From Patescibacteria group bacterium (lineage in GTDB: Bacteria > Patescibacteriota > Minisyncoccia > Phycocordibacterales > UBA9973), in the NCBI GenBank assembly GCA_038063915.1, contig JBBTUE010000004.1, positions 38,719 through 102,718 on the forward strand: DNA of 64,000 nt, given 5' to 3'. Position 1 is the stretch's first letter, and the number at the start of each line of letters is the position of its first letter. Under the pieces are notes generated by a model. The model saw only the letters and a program-made list of their open reading frames with translations, was not told the origin of the DNA and did no database searches. Below, piece after piece: positions 48,181 to 57,594 of the stretch. The translations under genes were made by a program, and so were the position numbers.

Positions 48181-49872
48181 ATGAAGAAGAAGCGGAATTC
48201 ACCTAAAAGAAAGATCTCCAAGAAAAAATTAGAAACATGTAAATATATTTTCGTCGTCGGTGGGGTTATGTCTGGAGTAGGCAAGGGAATTGCTACAGCT
48301 TCTATCGGCAAAGTACTTTCGGCTAGAGGTCTGAAAGTTAATCTGATGAAGATAGACCCATATCTCAATGTTGACGCTGGTACTATGAATCCGACAGAGC
48401 ACGGAGAAGTCTTTGTACTTGATTCTGGCCTTGAAACTGATCAAGATATGGGTAATTATGAGCGATTTTTAGGGCGGGATCTTGGTGTGGGTGACTATAT
48501 GACTAGTGGTATGGTATATCGTTCTGTCATTGAACGTGAACGTAATTTGGGCTATGGTGGTAAATTTGTTGAAGCTATACCACATGTCAGGGATGAGATT
48601 ATCGATAGGATAATGAAAGCAGCAGACGCATCAAATTCTGATGTTTCAGTTGTAGAGATTGGTGGTACAATAGGTGACTTCCAGAATGCACTCTATATAG
48701 AAGCAGCACGCGTACTCAAAATGAGAAATCCAGGAAGTGTGCTATTTGTCATGGTCTCGTATTTACCGGTCCCTTCTACTATCGGGGAAATGAAGACAAG
48801 ACCAACTCAACATGCGATACGTGAACTCAATTCGTACGGTGTTCAAGCTGATATAGTCATTGCTCGTTCGACTCACCCCCTCGATAAAAAACGTAAAGAA
48901 AAGTTAGCCATATGGTGTAATGTCATCGCGGATCATATAATATCGGCGCCTGATGTTAAATCTATTTACGATGTACCACTTAATTTTGAACGCGATAAAC
49001 TTTCTGAAATAATTATTAAAGATCTTAGTATCAAAACCAAACAAAAACCTGATCTTAGAGAATGGAAAGAGTTTGCAAAACATGCTCACAATGGCAAGGG
49101 AACTATCAAGATAGGTATTGTAGGGAAATACTTTGATACTGGTGATTTTATCCTATCTGATGCCTATCTATCTGTTATCGAGGCAATTAAATTCTCTGCA
49201 TATCATTTGGGTTTCAAGCCAGAGATTTCTTGGCTCAATGCCAAAGATTATGAAGAGACTCCAAGAAAAATATCTGAACTTGCAAAGTATGATGGGATTA
49301 TTGTTCCAGGTGGATTTGGTGAATCTGGTATCGAAGGTAAAATAATGACAGCAAACTTTGCTCGCAAGAATAAGATTCCATATTTTGGACTCTGCTATGG
49401 CATGCAGATTATGGTGATAGAGTATGCTAGAGATGTGCTAGGGCTAAAAGATGCCAACACGACTGAGATAAATTCTAAAACATTAAATCCTATTATTGAT
49501 ATTTTGCCAGATCAAAAAGAAAAACTTGCTCGGAGAGATTATGGCGGGTCAATGAGGCTTGGCGCGTATGACTGCAAGCTTAAAAAAGGTACTATTGCGG
49601 AGAAGGCATATAATAAAAATCTAATTTCTGAACGGCATCGCCATCGCTATGAAGTCAATAATGACTATAGAGAAAAACTTGAAAAAGCAGGTCTCGTTTT
49701 TTCGGGTGTTTCTCCAGATGGAAAACTTGCTGAAATTGCTGAATTATCTCCATCCAAGCACCCCTTTTATCTTGGAACGCAGTTTCATCCTGAATTAAAA
49801 GCCCGACCACTCTCTCCGCATCCACTTTTCTCAGCTTTTATGAAAGCTTGTATAAAAAGAAAGAAAAAATAA
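48181..49872 (+). CDS. pyrG: CTP synthase
   Basis: N-terminal synthetase domain KYIFVVGGVMSGVGKGIATASIG, C-terminal glutamine amidotransferase GLCYGMQ. Confidence 0.95.
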   Translation: MKKKRNSPKRKISKKKLETCKYIFVVGGVMSGVGKGIATASIGKVLSARGLKVNLMKIDPYLNVDAGTMNPTEHGEVFVLDSGLETDQDMGNYERFLGRDLGVGDYMTSGMVYRSVIERERNLGYGGKFVEAIPHVRDEIIDRIMKAADASNSDVSVVEIGGTIGDFQNALYIEAARVLKMRNPGSVLFVMVSYLPVPSTIGEMKTRPTQHAIRELNSYGVQADIVIARSTHPLDKKRKEKLAIWCNVIADHIISAPDVKSIYDVPLNFERDKLSEIIIKDLSIKTKQKPDLREWKEFAKHAHNGKGTIKIGIVGKYFDTGDFILSDAYLSVIEAIKFSAYHLGFKPEISWLNAKDYEETPRKISELAKYDGIIVPGGFGESGIEGKIMTANFARKNKIPYFGLCYGMQIMVIEYARDVLGLKDANTTEINSKTLNPIIDILPDQKEKLARRDYGGSMRLGAYDCKLKKGTIAEKAYNKNLISERHRHRYEVNNDYREKLEKAGLVFSGVSPDGKLAEIAELSPSKHPFYLGTQFHPELKARPLSPHPLFSAFMKACIKRKKK

Positions 49873-49899
49873 TCCCGACTTTAATCGGGATTATTTTTT
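49872..49899. terminator. bidirectional terminator
   Basis: atcccga-ctttaa-tcgggat followed by tattttttc. Confidence 0.7.
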
Positions 49900-49900
49900 C

Positions 49901-50635
49901 TTATTTTAAAGCATCTTCTCCGTCGCGGAGTCTACTTTCTGCTATTATTTTTAATATTTCGTCTTCGTCATCAGTGATAATGTAGAGATTTGTGTCTTCT
50001 AAATTTATCAACCCATATTTTTCTGCTAGGACTTCTTTTATGATCTTATCAAATGGTTCCCAAAACTCAGAACCAAACAATATCACAGGTATTCTACCAA
50101 TTTTCCCAGTTTGCTGGAGGGTCAACATTTCAAAAAGTTCATTCAATGTTCCAAAGCCACCAGCACAAAATACGCATACCTCTGTCATGTATGACATTGA
50201 CACTTGCCTGGCAAAGAAGAAGTAGAATGGTATCTCATTCGTAACGTATTTATTTGTCATTTGTTCACGAGGTAGCCTGATGGTAAGGCCTACTGATTTA
50301 CCACCTGCATCATTTGCTCCACGACTTACTGCCTCCATAATACCTGCACCACCGCCAGAGAGGATGATGTATCCTAGCTCTTTTGATATACGATAGGCTA
50401 GGTCTCTTGCTTTCTGATATGATGGGTGAGTTTCCTCGAGCCTTGCTGAACCGTAAAATGTCACCGAAGGGGTGAATTCACTAATCATGTCGATTCCTTG
50501 GCGGAATTCCTCCTGTATCATACAGAGCTTCGTCTCTTCGTCATTATCCCCGTATAGAGTAATACAACCTTCCTTTATATCATCAACTGTTAATTTCTTT
50601 GGTCTGTAAACTGTTTTCTTTTCATTTTCATTCAT
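49901..50635 (-). CDS. LOG-family protein (cytokinin riboside 5'-monophosphate phosphoribohydrolase-like, TIGR00730)
   Basis: GGGAGIMEAV...PGGFGTLNELFEMLTLQQTGK. Confidence 0.8.
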   Translation of the reverse strand: MNENEKKTVYRPKKLTVDDIKEGCITLYGDNDEETKLCMIQEEFRQGIDMISEFTPSVTFYGSARLEETHPSYQKARDLAYRISKELGYIILSGGGAGIMEAVSRGANDAGGKSVGLTIRLPREQMTNKYVTNEIPFYFFFARQVSMSYMTEVCVFCAGGFGTLNELFEMLTLQQTGKIGRIPVILFGSEFWEPFDKIIKEVLAEKYGLINLEDTNLYIITDDEDEILKIIAESRLRDGEDALK

Positions 50636-50739
50636 AGGCCCTATTTTACCTTAAAATTTTATCCAATACAATTAGCATTGACAAAAAACACTATAATCAT
50701 TATTATGGGAGAAAATACTCTAAAAATAAACCTATCGTT

Positions 50740-51360
50740 ATGAATAATAATTCAATCACTCCTTCGGAGAAGGAAAATGAAGCCAAAAATTTATTGACCT
50801 CGGAAGAATTTGAAAAGCTGAAAAAATACTTCGGTATTAGCAAGGAGAATTTTTCTAAACAAACTAACCAATATTTCATTGATAAGGGGAACAAGATATT
50901 AACTACCTTGCCTGCTGGTACAACACTCCGGGTACGAGAAAAAAGTGGCAAAAAAGAACTCCAATTCAAATTGCCAACCGACGATGGTACTGATGAGTAC
51001 CATTACGATATGAACAATGAAGAGGTTTACAATAAATTAGTTATATCTGGATTTCTACCGGATGGTAAGGTCTCGGAGAAGTTGCTAAGTTTAGGAATAG
51101 AAGGCCCGTATCTTTACAAAGGGCAAGTTCATACCCATAGAGCTGAGACAAAAGCCACGAGTTTAAACACATGGGAAGGTGTCACGATATGTCTGGATGA
51201 GAGCTATTATCCTAATGGGTCCAAGGATTTTGAAATCGAGATCGAATCAGGAAGTATGAAAATGAGTAACACTGTTCTTCGGGACATCTTAAACATGTTC
51301 AACATTCCAAGAAGAGTAGCTAAGAATAAGGTTACCCGCTTCCTCGAATCAATAAGTTAA
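50740..51360 (+). CDS. CYTH-domain (triphosphate tunnel metalloenzyme / CyaB-like) protein
   Basis: TTLRVREKSGKKELQFK and EIEIE acidic β-strand motifs. Confidence 0.5.
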   Translation: MNNNSITPSEKENEAKNLLTSEEFEKLKKYFGISKENFSKQTNQYFIDKGNKILTTLPAGTTLRVREKSGKKELQFKLPTDDGTDEYHYDMNNEEVYNKLVISGFLPDGKVSEKLLSLGIEGPYLYKGQVHTHRAETKATSLNTWEGVTICLDESYYPNGSKDFEIEIESGSMKMSNTVLRDILNMFNIPRRVAKNKVTRFLESIS

Positions 51361-51424
51361 CGAGGGAAAAAAGAGAATAAATAAATTGCCTCATTGATAT
51401 GGGGCTTTTTATATGTTCGGACTA

Positions 51425-51919
51425 TCAGTTTGGGAATTGCATACTAATTTCTAGTTGCCTTATATCTTCCAAATCGACATCTCTCGCAATCTTTGATTTA
51501 TAAGAAATAAGGGACTTTTTCGGAATAACCGGTACGACGATGCCATACACTTCCATATCTTCACTAACTGTAAGATCTCTATGCGCTGGGACCCAAACTT
51601 TTTTAGATTTATCAAAAATTTTCACTTCATCTCTTCCGGCGATGTCAATTTCTTGATTTTCATACTTTAGCGTCATCAATTTTAAATCCCATTCATCGTC
51701 GAGATAATGCTCTGGTCCGTAAATAATATATTGTTTAACCTCTGGGTATAAATCATCAAAACGATCATCAGGAATACCTATATCTATATCAGCGAGATCA
51801 CGCTTTGATCCATATAGTCGCGCAGCGAATCCGCCAGATATTTGAAAAGGGATAGAGTGTTTTTGTAATAATCCAACAATCCATCTAAATGCGCCCTCAG
51901 TGTTTTTTTCTTCTTTCAT
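51425..51919 (-). CDS. nucleotidyltransferase-fold protein (Lnu/ANT-like)
   Basis: ISGGFAARLYGSKRDLADIDIGI (GS...DxD NTase motif). Confidence 0.5.
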   Translation of the reverse strand: MKEEKNTEGAFRWIVGLLQKHSIPFQISGGFAARLYGSKRDLADIDIGIPDDRFDDLYPEVKQYIIYGPEHYLDDEWDLKLMTLKYENQEIDIAGRDEVKIFDKSKKVWVPAHRDLTVSEDMEVYGIVVPVIPKKSLISYKSKIARDVDLEDIRQLEISMQFPN

Positions 51920-51924
51920 TGGTT

Positions 51925-52080
51925 TATTGTAACAAATCGAGTAACTGACCAGGGAATTTCGATCCTTACAGGATCAGTACACCTTTTCCATTCGCGGGTA
52001 CACTCATATGGAAAAGGTCTTCTCGTCCCTGACAGAAGCAAAGACGTTTGCTTCTTATCGGCAGCATCTCGCGGAGCTCG
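51925..52080 (-). other. array of four stable hairpins downstream of tRNA-Gln, upstream of the nucleotidyltransferase gene
   Basis: On minus: ggcagca-N15-tgctgcc; agaagcaaa-cgtc-tttgcttct; ccttttccat-N16-atggaaaagg; gatcct-gta-aggatc. Confidence 0.4.
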
Positions 52081-52083
52081 CTG

Positions 52084-52154
52084 CTGCCGATCAGGGACTC
52101 GAACCCCAATACCATCCTCCAGAGGGATGTGTCCTACCATTAGACGAATCGGCA
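52084..52154 (-). tRNA. tRNA-Gln (CUG)
   Basis: tgccgat...catcc-ctCTGga-ggatg-gtat-tgggg-ttcgagt-ccctg-atcggca-g; U1-A72 and G73 as in bacterial tRNA-Gln. Confidence 0.75.
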
Positions 52155-52242
52155 ATGTCGATATATTACCATAAAAAAGGGGAAATAGGCCAAAATAAAA
52201 TACCTTCCGCACTAAAAGCGCGGAAGGTATATACGTCAATAT

Positions 52243-53469
52243 TTACGAGAACATTTCTTTTGCTACGTTTTCTGTGTATATAGGTGTCATTGCGACTCCC
52301 ATACCGTTGCAGTCAGCGATAGTAAATACATTACCACTTGGAGAAATGTGTAGGGCAGGTTTTTTATTTTCAGTGAAGCCCATTATGCCACTCCACCTCT
52401 TTTCGATAGTGTATTTTCCTCCCTTCAATATGTGGCAGGAAAGAAACTTTTCAAGCACCCTCTGGACTTTTTCAGTTGTTCCAAATTGGGTTGTTTTCTC
52501 AGTCTCAAAATCTTCATCTCTTGCTCCACCCAGCATAACTCTGTTTCCGAGGTTTCTGAAATATATGAACCCCTCATTATAGTGGAAAGTTCCGTCAAGT
52601 TTGAGGTTTTCAATTGGGCCAGTCAAAAGAATTTGACCTCTTGCTGGTGTTATAGTCACACTATCTGTAATATATCTCGTGAAGGCGTTGGTACAGAGAA
52701 TTAGTCTGAATGACTTAAAATCACCACGATTAGTGTGAACAACCACCCAATTGTTATTTTCTTCAAAAGTGACAAGCTCGGTATTATTTATGATGGTTAC
52801 TCCTAAAGATAATACTCTTTGAGTAAGAGCACTAACCAATCTTCCACTATGAAGACTACCTTCAAACTTGTTTTTAATAAGTTTATCAAATCCAGATAAA
52901 CCAAGATTGTCAGACTTGTCTACTATAGTAAATGTCTGGTCGGTGCCAGTGATTTCCCTCATCTTTCGATTTATATCACCAAGCATACAGAGTACGGGGT
53001 TCACTTTCAGACTGTCGTCAAAGCATTCATAGCCACCGCAAGGACTATAACCAATAAGTCCGTCGCCAAGAACTTTGCGCATTTTTTGGATACCTTTATA
53101 TCTCATTTCAATAAGGGACCAAACTTCGTCGCCCATAGTACTCATATCTGAAATTATTTCGCTTGGGCTCCCGAAGCAGGCAAAGCCTGCATTGCGGGTA
53201 GATGCCCCAGTTGGAATGTTTCCTCTCTCGATGATTAATATATTCAGGTGAGGGTATTCGTTTTTTAGGTTCCAAGCAGTCCAAAGACCACTTAAGCCTC
53301 CACCAACTATAATCACATCTCTGTGGCCATAATAGCTTTCTTCCCATACTGATATAGTATGAGGTTCATTTGACAAAGAGTTTCTTATCATGTTTTCGAT
53401 TTTGTTCATACGAATACTATAATACTTATACATATTCGTCAAATACCATGCTTCGAATGCTATTGACAC
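52243..53469 (-). CDS. FAD-dependent oxidoreductase (DAO family)
   Basis: Rossmann motif IIVGGGLSGLWTAWNL; ~400 aa DAO-like. Confidence 0.7.
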   Translation of the reverse strand: MSIAFEAWYLTNMYKYYSIRMNKIENMIRNSLSNEPHTISVWEESYYGHRDVIIVGGGLSGLWTAWNLKNEYPHLNILIIERGNIPTGASTRNAGFACFGSPSEIISDMSTMGDEVWSLIEMRYKGIQKMRKVLGDGLIGYSPCGGYECFDDSLKVNPVLCMLGDINRKMREITGTDQTFTIVDKSDNLGLSGFDKLIKNKFEGSLHSGRLVSALTQRVLSLGVTIINNTELVTFEENNNWVVVHTNRGDFKSFRLILCTNAFTRYITDSVTITPARGQILLTGPIENLKLDGTFHYNEGFIYFRNLGNRVMLGGARDEDFETEKTTQFGTTEKVQRVLEKFLSCHILKGGKYTIEKRWSGIMGFTENKKPALHISPSGNVFTIADCNGMGVAMTPIYTENVAKEMFS

Positions 53470-53669
53470 AATTGACTTTTTTGTATAATATTGAAATTAT
53501 CTAAACAAGATTAGTTGTTTGACAAAAATAGGTCTATATTTAAAACACAGCCTGATACTATATACAGGTTATAGCTCAAGCTATAAATGTGCCCGGACTA
53601 CGGATTATAACCTATAATAATTTAACGACTTTTCTATTCCAATCATTTTAAACCAACAGAGATTTTACA

Positions 53670-54059
53670 ATGAAAAAGCAATTTCTTGTAATGTTCCTGG
53701 CCGCCATGACAGTGTCATTGGCCGCCATCGCTTGGTCACCACCCGCAGTAAACACTGCTAAAATTATGAAGCCGGTGATCGAAAAAGCTGTTTTTGCAAA
53801 TTTGAGCTGCGTCACTGATCAACTGTTCCTGCTGCCCGGAGGTGCTGCCACAGACATTGTGGTAACACAAAATATTTCTTCTGAAGTGGTCCTTTTTGAT
53901 GTGAACTGCATAACCCAGAAGCTGTCCGGAGGTACTGTTTCGCCTGATAACATGGTTGCTGTAAGTAATGATAATAATAAAGAGAAAAATACCCAGGAAA
54001 AAATTACCACTGATGCAACCGGCGCTTATAACACCAGGGAACCTGATCAATTGGAATAA
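53670..54059 (+). CDS. small secreted protein, hypothetical (locally higher GC)
   Basis: Signal peptide MKKQFLVMFLAAMTVSLAAIA. Confidence 0.4.
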   Translation: MKKQFLVMFLAAMTVSLAAIAWSPPAVNTAKIMKPVIEKAVFANLSCVTDQLFLLPGGAATDIVVTQNISSEVVLFDVNCITQKLSGGTVSPDNMVAVSNDNNKEKNTQEKITTDATGAYNTREPDQLE

Positions 54060-54094
54060 AAAGAAAAAATAAAAGATTTAAAAGCAATGAAACA

Positions 54095-54127
54095 AACCGG
54101 AACGAAAGTTCCGGTTCGTTTATTTTT
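54095..54127 (+). terminator. strong rho-independent terminator
   Basis: aaccggaac-gaaa-gttccggtt followed by cgtttatttttt. Confidence 0.85.
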
Positions 54128-54173
54128 TACCCCCTTTCAATTTCTCTAAAAACAATGTAAAGTAGATGTCTAT

Positions 54174-55646
54174 ATGGCCCACGCCGAAGTGGTAATACGT
54201 TTTGAAAACGTTTCATTTGAATACGGGCACAACAAACACATTTTAGATAATGTGGATTTTTCTATACGCCGTGGGATGAAGGTCACTATCATGGGCCAAA
54301 ATGGCGCCGGCAAGAGTACTATATTCTCCCTCATCACTGGCGCAAATACACCCGAAGATGGACAAGTGCATCTTGCACAGCGCACAACTATCGCCCTCTC
54401 TCGCCAAGTCATACCTCGAGATGAGCTCGATCTCTCGGTAAGAGATTTTTTTCAGAAATGCTTTAAAGAAAAAGTATATGATATAGATCCAAAGATAGAT
54501 GAGGCGCTAGAGGTTGTGAATTTAAAGGGCCACGAAAAAGTCCACGATCGTATAGTAAAGTCATTCTCTGGTGGTCAGCAAGCACGATTACTCCTTGCGT
54601 CAGCTTTGATACAGGAGCCAGATATACTTCTCCTAGATGAACCTACAAACAACTTGGACAAAGCCGGTATCGCACATTTGACGGACTTTCTAGTGAAATA
54701 CAAGAAGACGGTGATGGTAATTTCTCACGATGCCCACTTCCTAAACTCTTTCACTGATGCAGTGCTTTATCTTGATGTCTATACCAGGAAGATAGAGCAA
54801 TATGTCGGCAACTATACTGATGTTCGAGATCAGATTACAGTGCGTATGGAGCGTGAGAATCGCAAGAATGCACTTCTCTCAAAAGAAATCCAAGCCAAGA
54901 AGGATCAAGCCAATGCTTTTGCGATGAAGGGTGGCAATCTTCGTGCTGTAGCCAAGCGCATGCGAGAACTCGCGGAAGATTTAGAAGAAGAAAAAGTAGA
55001 CGTTCGTAAAGAAGATAAAACTATTCGCCCGTTCACGATACCAGCTCAGCCAGATATTGTAGGCGATATTGTCGCGCTCACTTCTCTTTCAATTTTCAAG
55101 AATGGTAAATTAAAAAAGGTTAAAGCCAATATTAAGCTCCGCAAAAATAAACATCTCTTACTCTCTGGTCCAAATGGTATAGGCAAGAGCACCCTACTCG
55201 AATCACTTGCAAATGCTACTGCGGAGGGCGCAGTTATTACATCTGGAGTCAGAGTTGGATATTATAGGCAAGATTTCTCGACGCTCAATTTCAATGACAC
55301 AGTTTACGAATCGCTTGCTGACGTATCAAGAAGTGTGACAGGTAGAGTAGACGAAGAGAAGATTCGTGCCATTGTAGCAGGGTTTCTGATAACTGGGGAT
55401 ATGGTCCACACGAGGATAGGTAGCCTCTCCGAAGGCCAAAAAGGCCTAGTAGCCTTTGCTCGGCTCGTAATAGAGCAGCCGGGGCTCTTGATACTCGATG
55501 AGCCTACGAATCATATAAACTTCCGCCACCTACCAATCATAGCCAAAGCACTCGACGGATATATGGGTGCAATGATTATCGTATCTCACGTGCCGGAATT
55601 CATATCTCAAATTCGTATCGACGATACACTTGACTTAGATAAATAA
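54174..55646 (+). CDS. ABC-F family ATPase (tandem ABC domains, no TMD)
   Basis: Two Walker A motifs (GQNGAGKST and GPNGIGKST), two signature motifs (FSGGQQARL and LSEGQKGL), and an inter-domain linker. Confidence 0.85.
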   Translation: MAHAEVVIRFENVSFEYGHNKHILDNVDFSIRRGMKVTIMGQNGAGKSTIFSLITGANTPEDGQVHLAQRTTIALSRQVIPRDELDLSVRDFFQKCFKEKVYDIDPKIDEALEVVNLKGHEKVHDRIVKSFSGGQQARLLLASALIQEPDILLLDEPTNNLDKAGIAHLTDFLVKYKKTVMVISHDAHFLNSFTDAVLYLDVYTRKIEQYVGNYTDVRDQITVRMERENRKNALLSKEIQAKKDQANAFAMKGGNLRAVAKRMRELAEDLEEEKVDVRKEDKTIRPFTIPAQPDIVGDIVALTSLSIFKNGKLKKVKANIKLRKNKHLLLSGPNGIGKSTLLESLANATAEGAVITSGVRVGYYRQDFSTLNFNDTVYESLADVSRSVTGRVDEEKIRAIVAGFLITGDMVHTRIGSLSEGQKGLVAFARLVIEQPGLLILDEPTNHINFRHLPIIAKALDGYMGAMIIVSHVPEFISQIRIDDTLDLDK

Positions 55647-55676
55647 TATTTAATTCCTAGATGTTATAATATAACT

Positions 55677-56021
55677 ATGATTTTCCAAATTTTACATATA
55701 CGGAGTGCTATAAAAGAAGCCAAAGAAGACCCTGGGAATTTTGCAGGGTCGCAAGCTCGCGATGTGATTTTTGGCATTATACTCATACCGTTGATAATAG
55801 TATTACTTGGGCTTACTTTTCTATTCTTCCTTGCATATACAAAGTTCCTCGGGGGGCCGTACTTATTTTTCAAAATAGTTTTCATTATAGGACTTATAGT
55901 TTCATTTACTTTTGGCTCTATTGTGTATAAACTCACATCAGTACTTAGACGTACAACCAAAAAAGTAGTGAATAAAACTATTGAAAATGTTTCAAATGTT
56001 GATGTAACTGATAAAAAATAA
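55677..56021 (+). CDS. membrane protein, hypothetical
   Basis: Two TM helices. Confidence 0.35.
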   Translation: MIFQILHIRSAIKEAKEDPGNFAGSQARDVIFGIILIPLIIVLLGLTFLFFLAYTKFLGGPYLFFKIVFIIGLIVSFTFGSIVYKLTSVLRRTTKKVVNKTIENVSNVDVTDKK

Positions 56022-56052
56022 AGACCCTCGCGCATTGCTTGAGGGTCTCATT
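56012..56052. terminator. bidirectional terminator hairpin
   Basis: agaccctc-N11-gagggtct, with an A-run upstream on plus that is a T-run on minus. Confidence 0.6.
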
Positions 56053-56062
56053 CCTAAATATT

Positions 56063-56632
56063 TTATTTTGGATTTTTTATTATATATTCAGCCTTTGGTT
56101 GATCGGGGTTGGCCAGGTCAATACCCAAAGCCTCGTTTCTCTGTGTTACATGAAGTCCTATCTTCACACCCCTCTCTCTTTCAATAACAAACACCATATT
56201 CGAAAGGAATGCACTGCTACAGATGACTATCACTGTATCAGCTTCAACCTCCATTACCTCAGTAAATCCTGGGGAATCAAATGACACTGTAGCCGCATCT
56301 ACGTCCAGGTTATCTGACCAAATGAGCTTTGAGGCAAGTATTATTCCGCGGAGTCTATCCACTGTCTCAGCCATGTCTCTTCTCGTTGCAGAAATGATAG
56401 TTACTTTACCTACGCAATATTCATCAATTTCAGTAATATCTCCTGGTAATAAGGATTTGTTTATTAAAACGAATCTCTTTGTAGTGTTCTTTTTCATACA
56501 AAAGGTTTTAAGTTTTTTATAACAATACCTCATTTCAATAATTCTGTCAAATGCAACATAAAACTGCGTGTAACCATAGGCAACACGCAGCTTTTTTATT
56601 ATCGAACAATGAAATTTTAATCCGTTTTCCAC
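56063..56632 (-). CDS. hypothetical protein
   Basis: ORF only; no recognisable motif. Confidence 0.4.
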   Translation of the reverse strand: MENGLKFHCSIIKKLRVAYGYTQFYVAFDRIIEMRYCYKKLKTFCMKKNTTKRFVLINKSLLPGDITEIDEYCVGKVTIISATRRDMAETVDRLRGIILASKLIWSDNLDVDAATVSFDSPGFTEVMEVEADTVIVICSSAFLSNMVFVIERERGVKIGLHVTQRNEALGIDLANPDQPKAEYIIKNPK

Positions 56633-57468
56633 CAGTTCATCCTGATTCCAAACATTGTACTGATTGGATCAGCGAAATTATTAAAATCATTTTGAAGCTG
56701 GCTATTTGGTCCCTGCTGGTTAGATTTGATCCTGTAATTTACGTTCACCATTTTTACCCCTGCAAACAATTCAAATGCGCTGTATTTAGATTTTTTCGGC
56801 ATAAATTTGTAGTAAACGCAGGCATTCATCGTACTGACAGAGTTACTTGAAATAGTTGCATGGAATTGGTTGTTTGGTATTTGAACTTCAGTCTCAGAGC
56901 TTTTCATTAGTGAATATTCTGCACTGAGTCCAAAATTACTTAAATCTCCTCTTAAACCTATACCCCCAGAGAAAATATTTTTTTTCCAGGAGTAGTTGCT
57001 GGATCTTGGCAACACTGTAAGTACTGCTTCAACTTTTCCCCGCAAAGCATCTTTATAAGAGACATTTGCTGATAATCCGGCTCCGAAGTAGTTTTCAGTT
57101 TTCTTTGGCTGGCTGTTATACAGTGGTATCATTCTGATTGCACCACCGATTCCACCGGCAATTTTAATATCATCGTTGGTCATCGATTCTTTATTTTGCC
57201 CAACTCCGATGACAATAAGCCTGGATTTTTCGAAAGGTTTTTGCCCAGTAGCGTTTAGGGTTTGTTTAAGGTCAAAAGTGTAGAATATTCCTGTATTGCC
57301 GTCTTTGATGTTATAAACCCCTGTCCAGTTACCGTTCAAAACTTTCTGGGAGGTCCCGGCATTATCCTTGCCAAAGTCAAATCCTAAGGTTATTTCACTG
57401 AAATACTTCTGTGCAGTTGCTGTGGTGTATACCAAAGCCATTAAAGCAATAACTATTAACTTTCTCAT
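56617..57468 (-). CDS. secreted β-rich protein, hypothetical (porin/β-barrel-like composition)
   Basis: Signal peptide MRKLIVIALMALVYTTATAQ, alternating hydrophobic β-strand pattern, aromatic C-terminus. Confidence 0.4.
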   Translation of the reverse strand: MRKLIVIALMALVYTTATAQKYFSEITLGFDFGKDNAGTSQKVLNGNWTGVYNIKDGNTGIFYTFDLKQTLNATGQKPFEKSRLIVIGVGQNKESMTNDDIKIAGGIGGAIRMIPLYNSQPKKTENYFGAGLSANVSYKDALRGKVEAVLTVLPRSSNYSWKKNIFSGGIGLRGDLSNFGLSAEYSLMKSSETEVQIPNNQFHATISSNSVSTMNACVYYKFMPKKSKYSAFELFAGVKMVNVNYRIKSNQQGPNSQLQNDFNNFADPISTMFGIRMNWWKTD

Positions 57469-57552
57469 TGTTGTATGAAATTTTATGGTTCACAATATTT
57501 TGTACTCTTATTAACATTTATAGGGATAAAAGTCAAGGGGGGAGGTTCTCAT

Positions 57553-57588
57553 ACCAAAACAGCCCCGACTTAGGTTGGGGCTGTTTTG
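57553..57588 (-). terminator. 13-bp perfect hairpin just past the stop of the 57595-59205 gene
   Basis: ccaaaacagcccc-N10-ggggctgttttgg. Confidence 0.45.
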
Positions 57589-57594
57589 GTATAA

